A program made the translations under genes and the position numbers. Shown here piece after piece: positions 1 to 7,326 of a stretch of 64,000 nt of DNA (positions are counted from its first letter, which is position 1; each line of letters starts with the position of its first letter). Origin of the DNA: Candidatus Moraniibacteriota bacterium (lineage in GTDB: Bacteria; Patescibacteriota; Minisyncoccia; Moranbacterales; UBA1568). The notes beneath the pieces were generated by a model. That model was not told where the DNA came from. It ran no database searches and worked only from the letters and a program-made list of their open reading frames with translations. Where the stretch lies: contig CP064975.1 of the NCBI GenBank assembly GCA_016699425.1, positions 1,056,942-1,120,941 of the forward strand, read 5' to 3'.

Positions 1-69
1 CATCAGGATACCAATAACCCCAAAAGCAATTGAGGCACAAATAAATACTTTTGTGGCTATCTTTTGCAT
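1..69 (-). CDS. 5' end of a gene running off the window start; hydrophobic N-terminus (MQKIATKVFICASIAFGVIGIL...)
   Basis: ATG at 69-67 on the minus strand opens a hydrophobic reading frame that continues past position 1. Only 23 codons are visible. Confidence 0.3.
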   Translation of the reverse strand, partial: MQKIATKVFICASIAFGVIGILM

Positions 70-103
70 GGCTCCATTATACACCTAACAAAAAACTCTT
101 CTC

Positions 104-151
104 TTGGGCCTCTTTTTTGAAATTGAGCTGGCTGGTACACACGGTTAGAAC
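104..151. repeat. copy A of a ~35-bp motif (TTTTTGARATTGAGCTGGCTRGTACASACGGTTAGAAC) found at the 3' end of minus-strand genes
   Basis: Near-identical to 996-1037 (3 mismatches). Both copies lie just downstream of the stop of a minus-strand ORF. Confidence 0.6.
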
Positions 152-226
152 TTTTTACCTCAAAAGGGTGTAGTTTAAGGAAAATAAAAAATGGCCCGTA
201 CACATCGCGTGTGCACGGACCAAGGA

Positions 227-541
227 TTAGCGACTCTTCGACGGGTAGAAGTCAATCATGACGCGCTCAAATCGCACGCCGTTGATCAAGATATACCCAG
301 CAAAGAGGCTGAGGGCGGAGTATGGCATTTTGGGCGCCATATCCACCATACATGTGGTCATTTCTCCTTCTTCGGTATGGAGGGTAAGTTCGCCATCGGT
401 GGTGTACCGAAACGAATAGACCTGCAAGCGGCCGGTGTCCATTTGCTTCGGCAGTCCTCGGGTTCTCACAGAAACCCACATCTTTTCGCTGCCGACGAAG
501 TACACCCGACGAATCGCCTTATTGATTGACTCCTGTTTCAT
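227..541 (-). CDS. hypothetical protein (104 aa)
   Basis: Minus-strand ORF with GAGGA 7 nt upstream of the ATG and balanced amino-acid composition. Preferred over the overlapping plus-strand ORF 191..529. Confidence 0.5.
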   Translation of the reverse strand: MKQESINKAIRRVYFVGSEKMWVSVRTRGLPKQMDTGRLQVYSFRYTTDGELTLHTEEGEMTTCMVDMAPKMPYSALSLFAGYILINGVRFERVMIDFYPSKSR

Positions 542-725
542 GATTGAATCCTCATAGGAAAAGTGGGCGTCGATACGCCAACACTTATTTGCCCACGAGA
601 ATCAACCGAGGTTGATGAGAAGTTGAGTGCTGACGGAGAGTGTCAGCGGCATAAATGCCAATGCATACTAGCTACCTCCAGTTAGTTGTGAACGAACTGA
701 GCATAATAGCATATTTTTATAAATT

Positions 726-945
726 TGTCCACCCTTAGTTCGACTCCGTTTAGGGGTAATAAAAAACAAGGCTCTGGTGAGCCTTGTTATTAGCTGAGCG
801 GGTAACGGGAGTTCCGCATCGTTCATTCGCCGTCACTCATTCACTCTTTGCCCGGGGTGGCGCCAAATGCTCATTTGTTCGCATCCGTCGACACTCGTCA
901 TCGTTTCCTTCCTGCTGAAAGGAAACTCGTCTTGTTCCCACCCGT
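726..945. repeat. left copy of a 220-bp direct repeat bounding the AT-rich island; contains a 19-nt copy of the tRNA-Gly 3' end (801-819)
   Basis: Positions 788-945 are 100% identical to 5332-5489 (158 bp). Positions 726-787 are ~75% identical to 5270-5331. The embedded CTGAGCGGGTAACGGGAGT equals the 3' 19 nt of the tRNA-Gly gene at 5493-5564. Confidence 0.85.
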
Positions 946-970
946 TCGACTCCCTATCAACCCAAGAAAT

Positions 971-1006
971 AAAACAAGCGCCCGATCGGACGCTTGTTTT
1001 ATTTTT
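971..1006 (-). terminator. rho-independent terminator-like hairpin downstream of the DUF4238 gene
   Basis: AAAACAAGCG/CGCTTGTTTT 10-bp stem with U-rich flanks on both strands. Confidence 0.5.
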
Positions 1007-1037
1007 GAGCTGGCTAGTACAGACGGTTAGAACCAGC
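996..1037. repeat. copy B of the ~35-bp gene-3'-end motif (see 104-151)
   Basis: GAGCTGGCTAGTACAGACGGTTAGAACC, directly downstream of the DUF4238 gene stop. Confidence 0.6.
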
Positions 1038-1066
1038 ATCTCTGATTAATATCGCTTTTTCTTCTG

Positions 1067-2194
1067 TCACTGGATTTTCCAATATGAGTCAATTGGAGCT
1101 TCAATGGCCTTAGCGCCTCGAATGACATATCTCTCATAGTTTTTATTATCAATTTGAACAAATGGGTATGGTCCTTGAAATGTTGCTACTAAACTGTTCC
1201 ACCAGGCACTATAGTAGTAGTGACACTTTTTATACTTTTCACCGCTTCCACATAAACACAAGTCATTTCTACCACACGTAAAGTATTCTGGTGTTACATG
1301 ATGCTTGAATGATTTCCAGAAACGCTTATCTTGTTCGTACCAAAACACTTCTTTTTTTCGAGTAAAGCTCCAGTCTTTGGAAAAAACTTCTGAAGGAAAA
1401 CTCGTTTGAAACACTAACTTTGATTTCTCGCACACAGATTTTTTCTTTCCTAAGCACTTCCTATACGAAGAATTAACAATCACAGCATTTATTGCCTGAA
1501 GTGCCTCTCCATGTACATCATTTATACTATTTTCAACAAAAATATCATTTGTATCCGTATTCCAAAGAACAAAGTAATACTCCGAACTAATCGGAATCAG
1601 AATAACAGTTTCCCTAAGACCAATATTTCTATTTGACACTTGTACAAGCTGACTCTTAACACCTAAAGCAGCTGTAGAAATATACTGATCACTTAAAAGA
1701 AACTCTCCCTCAAGACTTCTTATTATAGCGGTTTTATAGCATGCATTAACCGTTTCTGCTAATAACTCAATGTAGGATTCGTCTAAAATATTTTTTAAAA
1801 GAAGGGCTATCTTATGTTCAGAATCCCTAAAAGAGAACTCGGTCAATAAAGCGTTACTTCTATAGTAGTTCTTAATAAAAAGAGTCATATTCTCACTGAA
1901 CCAATTCTTTACCTCAGAAAACTCACTGGATCCAACTTCAAGACCTTGAATATACTCCAATGTTTTTTTAATAACTTCTGGCAATTTACTATCAACTTCG
2001 CGTCCTAGAAAGTTTTCAACAGCATTCGGTTCTAACTGAGCGTCCTCATAGACGTACATCTCACTCATTGCGTCATTAGGAGTCGTTGCATAGGAGTTGT
2101 TATTTTTCCCAACTAAAAACTCAAAAAATTTTCCGTCATTATCGATAAAGTGAGCAAGTAATTTACGGCTTATGTAATGCTGTTTTTTTACCAT
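1067..2194 (-). CDS. DUF4238-like protein with C-terminal SEC-C metal-binding motif (375 aa)
   Basis: N-terminal HYISRKLLAHF resembles the DUF4238 signature. C-terminal CLCGSGEKYKKCH matches the SEC-C CxCxSGxKxKxCH pattern. Very AT-rich coding sequence compared with flanking DNA. Ends in TGA. Confidence 0.55.
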   Translation of the reverse strand: MVKKQHYISRKLLAHFIDNDGKFFEFLVGKNNNSYATTPNDAMSEMYVYEDAQLEPNAVENFLGREVDSKLPEVIKKTLEYIQGLEVGSSEFSEVKNWFSENMTLFIKNYYRSNALLTEFSFRDSEHKIALLLKNILDESYIELLAETVNACYKTAIIRSLEGEFLLSDQYISTAALGVKSQLVQVSNRNIGLRETVILIPISSEYYFVLWNTDTNDIFVENSINDVHGEALQAINAVIVNSSYRKCLGKKKSVCEKSKLVFQTSFPSEVFSKDWSFTRKKEVFWYEQDKRFWKSFKHHVTPEYFTCGRNDLCLCGSGEKYKKCHYYYSAWWNSLVATFQGPYPFVQIDNKNYERYVIRGAKAIEAPIDSYWKIQ

Positions 2195-2336
2195 ATGTAA
2201 TACACACTAACTGAAACTCAGATAAATTAAGAGCCAGGAATTAAACCGCGTCATTTACCACGGGACACAGTATTTTTAAGTTTATAAGTAGAGCAATCCT
2301 TTCCTAGGCCCCTTCCTTGCTTTCTCGCTCCTGTGA

Positions 2337-2825
2337 CTAACTTTTAATAGATTCAACTCGTCTCTTAATGTAAGAGGTTTGTTTTCTATACGAAATCAAG
2401 AAAATCACAAGGAGAGAAGCAATTAAGATCCACCATTTGTAGTCTCCAAGAAATGGGACTTTGTAAGATAATAGTTCATACCCCCTCGCTGCCACTAATA
2501 ACACAATAGCCGATACAAACGTACGATACATGTTGTTTGTTTCCAAAAGCACATCAATTTTTGGGTCTTCCTTTGCAGCAATTATGAAGTCGTCATATTC
2601 GGCGAACTTTATGAAGCGTGTCCATCGTAGTAATGGCTCGACGATGAGTGAAGCAAACCTGCTCACGATGAGACCGACAAAGTAGTACACAAATGCAGCA
2701 ATAATCAGATTTTCGTATGTGAGAGAATACGGCGTGAGATGTTCCAGTGCTATAGAGAATAGGACGCCAGGAAATAGATAGTTAAACAGATTATAGGATG
2801 TGATTTTGTCTACGATTTTTTCCAT
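2337..2825 (-). CDS. hypothetical integral membrane protein (162 aa)
   Basis: Several hydrophobic stretches; AT-rich; part of the island. Confidence 0.5.
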   Translation of the reverse strand: MEKIVDKITSYNLFNYLFPGVLFSIALEHLTPYSLTYENLIIAAFVYYFVGLIVSRFASLIVEPLLRWTRFIKFAEYDDFIIAAKEDPKIDVLLETNNMYRTFVSAIVLLVAARGYELLSYKVPFLGDYKWWILIASLLVIFLISYRKQTSYIKRRVESIKS

Positions 2826-2831
2826 ATGGCA

Positions 2832-3884
2832 TTATACTTCCACTTCATTAAAGAACACTTCTGGAGTGAGAGGTCCCCATCCAGGACGCTGAGGTGCGTC
2901 TTCGCTCGGATGACAGATCGCCACTCCTTTTCGAGTAGAGCCCAGACTACAACCTCGTCGTATGAGCGCGTTCACCACCTTACGCGAAGGGTGCTTTGGG
3001 TCACCTTGTAACGGGCATGAAATGAATGCGGGAAGCGGCATAAGCCGATTCAATAAAGTTGGCCCAAGATTACGCTTGCTGCCATGATGCGGTACATCTA
3101 AGAAGTCGATTTTGTTCAACGAGACACCTCTTTCTTCAGCGAAGTCAATGGCTCGTCCAAGTCCTTCTTTACCCGCATCACCAGTGAACAAGAAGCGTTT
3201 CCCATCTACTACGAGCAGAAGTACGAGGCAGGAGTTATTCTCAGGACATGTATCGGGATAATCATCCGACAGGGTTTCGATGTGGAGCGCCTCGGCGACC
3301 CAGCTAACCGCCTCTTTCACGGCTCCGATGAATTGCTCTATTTTGTGCTCTTCTTTTACCTCTGGCGTTACACCAAAGTTGGCGAGTAGGAGTTGATAAT
3401 ACTCTTTGGTAGGACCAAGAACATACAGACCGTCATGTATTTCCTCGCCCGCAAACGGCTGAACAATCGGTATTCCTTTCTCGCTGGCAAGATCGGTAAG
3501 AGTGGAGAGTGTCCCAAGTGATTTCTCGAGATATTTTTTCAGCCCCTCCTGCGTTACTGTTGTGTTCGTCATCTTCTGAATAGTCTTTGTGTAGTCCCAA
3601 GGACAATGGACGATTAACTTGCCAACGGTTAGGCCCTCAAGAACTTCAGACAAGCCAGATATATGGTCATTGTGGAGATGCGAAGCAATAACGGCATCTA
3701 CGAAGAGTGTACCGTAATGCGTTTTGACATGTTCAACAAGCGCCTTGCCTGACTCTCTGGTTCCGCCATCTATGACGATGACGTGTTGTGTTTGTGGAGA
3801 GCTAAAGTCTCCGTACCGAATTGCAATCGCGTCTCCTCCTTTTTTTCCAACCCCTACGGGAATGTAATCTACTTGGTGTGCCAT
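2832..3884 (-). CDS. metallo-beta-lactamase-fold hydrolase (350 aa)
   Basis: HLHNDH (HxHxDH) zinc-binding motif followed downstream by conserved Asp/His residues. Confidence 0.65.
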   Translation of the reverse strand: MAHQVDYIPVGVGKKGGDAIAIRYGDFSSPQTQHVIVIDGGTRESGKALVEHVKTHYGTLFVDAVIASHLHNDHISGLSEVLEGLTVGKLIVHCPWDYTKTIQKMTNTTVTQEGLKKYLEKSLGTLSTLTDLASEKGIPIVQPFAGEEIHDGLYVLGPTKEYYQLLLANFGVTPEVKEEHKIEQFIGAVKEAVSWVAEALHIETLSDDYPDTCPENNSCLVLLLVVDGKRFLFTGDAGKEGLGRAIDFAEERGVSLNKIDFLDVPHHGSKRNLGPTLLNRLMPLPAFISCPLQGDPKHPSRKVVNALIRRGCSLGSTRKGVAICHPSEDAPQRPGWGPLTPEVFFNEVEV

Positions 3885-4041
3885 ACTGCCGCAATAAATT
3901 ATTACTCTGCCACATTAAAGGAAGGGCAGAAATTCCTTTATTGTCCTCTATGGTACGCTTCTTTCTGAAGAAGTCAATAGTAAAAGTGTCAACAAACTGT
4001 CAACTATTGCATTTTGAGGGAATTTATCCTAGTATGGATTC

Positions 4042-4737
4042 ATGGAACACCCTCTTCAAAACAAGCTCCTAGAGCTTTCCCAGCGATACGATCTTAGCCA
4101 GATGGGTCTCCGAGAAATCGGCCGACTCGTAGGAGAAGAACATCCTCAAAAAATCAAATTCCATTTGCGGAAGATCGGGCTTCTGGGAACAGGAAAGCGC
4201 CCCAGACCGAAAAAGAGTCACAGAGTGACAATTCCCCTCTCTCAGAACAAAAAGATTCTTTCAATACCTATTCTTGGGGCAGCAAACTGTGGAGAAGCAA
4301 CAACCCTGGCTGAAGCAAGATTAGATGGGATTTTGCCCGTATCAAGAAAATTAATCCCTGCTCCCCATAGGGACAGAGAATTGTTCGCCGTAAAGGCTTC
4401 TGGGAAATCAATGAATCGTGCAGATTTAGACGGGAAGAGTATTGAGGACGGTGATTTTGTCATAGTCGATAGGGAAGAGATAGATGTAAAAAACGGTGAC
4501 TATGTCCTTTCCATAATTGGTGGTCTCGCTAATATCAAAAAGTACTTTGAAGACAAAGAGCATGATCAAATTGTCTTAGAATCAGAGTCTACGAACTTCT
4601 TTCCTCCTATACATATTCACAGAGAGGACCTGGACAATTACTTTTTAAATGGAAAGGTAGTAAGTGTTATAAAAGCAAGAAAGAAAGTTGAGGAAGAGTA
4701 CTCCGTTGAACCCATACCCAGTTGGGACAACTACTGA
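4042..4737 (+). CDS. LexA/phage CI-like repressor, S24 peptidase family (231 aa)
   Basis: N-terminal LexA-type winged HTH. C-terminal VKASGKSMNRADLDGKSIEDGDFVIVD matches the S24 pattern GDSM..GD..V.D (Ser nucleophile), and a downstream KKY motif supplies the catalytic Lys. Confidence 0.65.
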   Translation: MEHPLQNKLLELSQRYDLSQMGLREIGRLVGEEHPQKIKFHLRKIGLLGTGKRPRPKKSHRVTIPLSQNKKILSIPILGAANCGEATTLAEARLDGILPVSRKLIPAPHRDRELFAVKASGKSMNRADLDGKSIEDGDFVIVDREEIDVKNGDYVLSIIGGLANIKKYFEDKEHDQIVLESESTNFFPPIHIHREDLDNYFLNGKVVSVIKARKKVEEEYSVEPIPSWDNY

Positions 4738-4925
4738 CCTAAAAATTCACCTCTGGACTTGTCCTGGCACGGCCGAGGGATTCAGAATTAGAAAAGTCTA
4801 AAAAGTATACATCCAATCAAAAGTGGCTCCTCTGGGGTCGTTTTTTGATGTCCTGAACTTGTTTTATGTAAATAAAAAAGGCCGTTTCCCGTTCGGGGCG
4901 TACCTCAATCAACCGAATGAAGGAT

Positions 4926-5210
4926 TCAATGTGGATCTGGTTTCAGTCCCTTGATGTACGCAAACCGACGACGTAGCCATCCATCAAGATTCGCCTTCTG
5001 AAGACCGACAGCGTTGCTAACATCCTTCAGCCTCGGATTTGGTCCCGCAACGAGAATCCTCTCGGGAAATGGTACATTAGGAACTCGTCCGAAGTGTCGA
5101 TAATACCCCCAGAAATTCTTATGAAGCGGATACTTCTCGGGGTCGTGAACATTGAGGGCCACAGCCTGATAGATCACAGGCCACCAGTCATGCCAGTCAC
5201 CAGAAATCAT
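4926..5210 (-). CDS. hypothetical protein (94 aa)
   Basis: ORF only; no recognisable motif. Lies at the right edge of the island. Confidence 0.35.
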   Translation of the reverse strand: MISGDWHDWWPVIYQAVALNVHDPEKYPLHKNFWGYYRHFGRVPNVPFPERILVAGPNPRLKDVSNAVGLQKANLDGWLRRRFAYIKGLKPDPH

Positions 5211-5269
5211 GTCATTACTCCTCAGAGGTTTCGTTGAATGACAGTATAAACTACCAAAACTTTAAAGTC

Positions 5270-5489
5270 TTGTCCACCCCTAGTTCGAACGCCCGCCTTG
5301 GGTAAATAATTAAGGCTCGGGTGAGCCTTGATATTAGCTGAGCGGGTAACGGGAGTTCCGCATCGTTCATTCGCCGTCACTCATTCACTCTTTGCCCGGG
5401 GTGGCGCCAAATGCTCATTTGTTCGCATCCGTCGACACTCGTCATCGTTTCCTTCCTGCTGAAAGGAAACTCGTCTTGTTCCCACCCGT
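5270..5489. repeat. right copy of the 220-bp direct repeat; contains a 19-nt tRNA-Gly 3'-end duplicate (5337-5355) and directly abuts the intact tRNA-Gly
   Basis: See 726-945. A hairpin GTTTCCTT/AAGGAAAC lies at 5452-5479. Confidence 0.85.
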
Positions 5490-5492
5490 CTG

Positions 5493-5564
5493 AGCGGGTA
5501 ACGGGAGTCGAACCCGTATCTTGACCTTGGCAAGGTCACATAATAGCCGCTATACGATACCCGC
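5493..5564 (-). tRNA. tRNA-Gly (anticodon GCC)
   Basis: The reverse complement folds as GCGGGTA acceptor, anticodon stem-loop GACC-TTGCCAA-GGTC, GGGTTCGACTCCC T-arm and TACCCGC acceptor 3' strand. Confidence 0.85.
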
Positions 5565-5642
5565 CTACGGCGGGCAGGCCCGCTTTGGCTTTTTTCTGTC
5601 TCACGGACTACTCTAACGCAAAACCTGGCACTCGACAACCTG

Positions 5643-5715
5643 TGGGACTGGATGGATTCGAACCATCGACCAAGCGGTTATGAGCCGCCTGCTCTAACCG
5701 CTGAGCTACAGTCCC
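5643..5715 (-). tRNA. tRNA-Met (anticodon CAT), elongator type; could instead be tRNA-Ile2
   Basis: GGGACTG-TA-GCTCAGCGGTTAGAGC; anticodon loop CTCATAA; T-arm GATGGTTCGAATCCATC; acceptor CAGTCCC-A. The anticodon stem lacks the three G-C pairs of an initiator tRNA. Confidence 0.8.
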
Positions 5716-5741
5716 AGGCGGGAGAATGGGATGAAACCCGG

Positions 5742-5813
5742 TGCCGGGGGGCAGAATTGAACTGCCGACGCAAGGATTTTCAGTCCTTCGCTCTACCACT
5801 GAGCTACCCCGGC
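5742..5813 (-). tRNA. tRNA-Phe (anticodon GAA)
   Basis: GCCGGGG-TA-GCTCAGTGGTAGAGC; anticodon loop CTGAAAA; T-arm GGCAGTTCAATTCTGCC; acceptor CCCCGGC-A. Confidence 0.85.
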
Positions 5814-5882
5814 GAAACATAACTATTATCCCGGAACTACCGAAAAAAGCAATCTTTTTTGCTCTGACTGCCGGCTTTCCGG

Positions 5883-5952
5883 TGGTGGGCAGTAGAGGAC
5901 ACTCGAACCTGTGACCCCCTCGGCTCGCCACGTACCAAAATGACTTGCCTGT
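5883..5952 (-). pseudogene. tRNA-like 3' fragment (degenerate T-arm, acceptor 3' strand ACTGCCC-A-CCA)
   Basis: Reverse complement ends ...ACAGG-TTCGAGTGT-CCTCT-ACTGCCC-A-CCA. There is no anticodon arm. It shares a TTTGGTACG-GGCG-GAGCC block with the 5' fragment at 6044-6114. Confidence 0.5.
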
Positions 5953-6025
5953 GGACGATGCTGGACTCGAACCAGCGGCCCTCTCGGTGTAAACGAGATG
6001 CTCTAACCAACTGAGCTAATCGTCC
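5953..6025 (-). tRNA. tRNA-Val (anticodon TAC)
   Basis: GGACGAT-TA-GCTCAGTTGGTTAGAGC; anticodon stem-loop TCTCG-TTTACAC-CGAGA; T-arm GCTGGTTCGAGTCCAGC; acceptor ATCGTCC-A. Confidence 0.85.
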
Positions 6026-6043
6026 GATTTTAGTACGGGGTGA

Positions 6044-6114
6044 ATAAGCGAGGGCTCCCCGCCCGTACCAAACGGTACGTTCGGGCGGGTAACCAACTGA
6101 GCTAACTGCCCGTC
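6044..6114 (-). pseudogene. tRNA-like 5' fragment (GGGCAGT-TA-GCTC-AGTTGGTTA) with a 32-nt hairpin inserted in the D-loop and no anticodon arm
   Basis: Acceptor 5' strand GGGCAGT is complementary to the ACTGCCC of the 3' fragment at 5883-5952. The inserted hairpin is CCCGCCCGAACGTACC-GTTT-GGTACGGGCGGG. Confidence 0.5.
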
Positions 6115-6180
6115 TCACTATCGTACCGAGGGTCTTCCAAAAAAGAAAGCTGGTCAACCAAGTACCAGCCTTCTTCCATT

Positions 6181-6250
6181 GTGCCCAAGAGAGGACTCGG
6201 TCACGAATAATTTCCAAGGAAATTTTCTCGACCCCACCTCGCGGTCTGCT
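6181..6250 (-). pseudogene. duplicated tRNA-Leu 3' end (19 nt, 6181-6199) followed by a hairpin-bearing insert
   Basis: GTGCCCAAGAGAGGACTCG is identical to 6337-6355 (the 3' end of the intact tRNA-Leu). The adjoining sequence has an AATTTCC/GGAAATT hairpin where the T-loop would be. Confidence 0.6.
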
Positions 6251-6337
6251 TTTGCAGACATCGCTCCGGTTTTCTCCTCCTCACACAAGCCAAGCAGTTG
6301 GCTTGTTCCTTGTTCTCAAACTCACTCCGTTCCTTTG

Positions 6338-6421
6338 TGCCCAAGAGAGGACTCGAACCTCCAATCCCTTGCGGGAACTAGCACCTCAAGCTAGCGCGTA
6401 TACCAATTCCGCCACCTGGGC
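6338..6421 (-). tRNA. tRNA-Leu (anticodon GAG), long variable arm
   Basis: GCCCAGG-TG-GCGG-AATTGGTAT-ACGC; anticodon stem-loop CTAGC-TTGAGGT-GCTAG; variable arm TTCCCGCAAGGGAT; T-arm TGGAGGTTCGAGTCCTCT; acceptor CTTGGGC-A. Confidence 0.85.
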
Positions 6422-6426
6422 ATATT

Positions 6427-6666
6427 CTACAGGGACTTCAAAAACTCTCTTCCGACTCCTGACTTAAGATACTTTTCGAATTCTCTTGCTTCGCCTCGCG
6501 TTTGAAATTCTCTGGTGTAGAAAACTTCAAATGGGATACGACTACGATTTGAGGATGTCTTTCCTGCGTTGTGCTGATCAAGTCTCTTTTGTACATCGAA
6601 TGACATCCCAATGTACAAAAAACCATCTTTTTTACTTCTCAGAGCGTAGACAAAATAATTCTTCAT
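6427..6666 (-). CDS. small stand-alone GIY-YIG nuclease-domain protein (79 aa)
   Basis: N-terminal YFVYALRSKKDGFLYIGMSFDVQKRLDQHN fits the GIY-YIG motif with the conserved Arg and His/Asn. Its stop is 5 nt upstream of the tRNA-Leu 5' end. Confidence 0.75.
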   Translation of the reverse strand: MKNYFVYALRSKKDGFLYIGMSFDVQKRLDQHNAGKTSSNRSRIPFEVFYTREFQTRGEAREFEKYLKSGVGREFLKSL

Positions 6667-6679
6667 AACACAGTGACGC

Positions 6680-6753
6680 GCTAGCGCGTATACCCCTGCC
6701 TGCCGGCAGTGTCAGGCCTGTCTACCGACAGGTAGAAATTCCGCCACCTGGGC
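6680..6753 (-). pseudogene. truncated 5' copy of tRNA-Leu (positions 1 to ~31) with a 42-nt palindromic insertion in the D-loop
   Basis: GCCCAGGTGGCGGAATT-[TCTACCTGTCGGTAGACAGGCCTGACACTGCCGGCAGGCAGG]-GGTATACGCGCTAGC, then it diverges. It lies immediately upstream of the GIY-YIG start codon. Confidence 0.7.
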
Positions 6754-6775
6754 ATCTAGCACGGGAACTGCATCG

Positions 6776-7240
6776 TTATTCTGACTTCGCTTCCGTCGGC
6801 GTTTCTTCTGCGCTTGCTGTAGCGGCTGCCTGTACTTCTTTCACGACGTCCTGCACATCCTGGCCCGCCTTGCCGATTTCGAACGGGACCTCTTTCAATT
6901 TCTTGCCGATGACCTTAGCACTCTTGGTCCGGACAAAATACAGTTTACCACGACGGGCTTTGGTCCGCTTCATAAGTTCAATCGACTCCACCTGCGAGGA
7001 AAGCAGTGGGAAAATGATTTCGACACCAATACCGGAAGAGACCTTGCGGACAGTCACGGTCTGAGATGAGCTCTGGCCACCCTTGATCGCGATGACCATA
7101 CCCTGGAACATCTGAATACGAGTCTTCTCGCCTTCCTTGATCTTGCGACGCACCTTCACCACGTCTCCGGCTTGGAGCTCAGGGAGATCAGTCCGCGCGG
7201 CGCGAAGGTTGTTGTTGAATTCGACGAGTTTCTGGTGCAT
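6776..7240 (-). CDS. rplS: 50S ribosomal protein L19 with an acidic C-terminal extension
   Basis: GDVVKVRRKIKEGEKTRIQMFQGMVIAIKGG matches the L19 core. Confidence 0.85.
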   Translation of the reverse strand: MHQKLVEFNNNLRAARTDLPELQAGDVVKVRRKIKEGEKTRIQMFQGMVIAIKGGQSSSQTVTVRKVSSGIGVEIIFPLLSSQVESIELMKRTKARRGKLYFVRTKSAKVIGKKLKEVPFEIGKAGQDVQDVVKEVQAAATASAEETPTEAKSE

Positions 7241-7326
7241 AGCTGTGGTATTTTCCCAAATCAGAATCTAATCACAGAGTAGAGTAATAAAGAAGAAGCC
7301 TTGTTTCAAACGCACAAAAGGCTTCA

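Noticed and set aside
191-529. Plus-strand ORF (112 aa) overlapping the minus-strand ORF 227..541
   Set aside because: It has no ribosome-binding site and a His/Arg-rich low-complexity composition. The minus-strand ORF has a GAGGA site and protein-like composition.
5883-6114. A functional split or permuted tRNA assembled from the 5' fragment (6044-6114) and 3' fragment (5883-5952) around tRNA-Val
   Set aside because: Neither fragment has an anticodon arm and the T-arm is degenerate. No known bacterial mechanism would join them. They are better read as remnants of a disrupted tRNA.
6422-6760. Group I intron with a GIY-YIG homing endonuclease inside tRNA-Leu
   Set aside because: The GIY-YIG ORF lies between a truncated 5' copy and a complete tRNA-Leu that restarts at nucleotide 1. 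It does not lie inside a single tRNA. The 240-bp interval is almost entirely ORF, leaving no room for an intron core.
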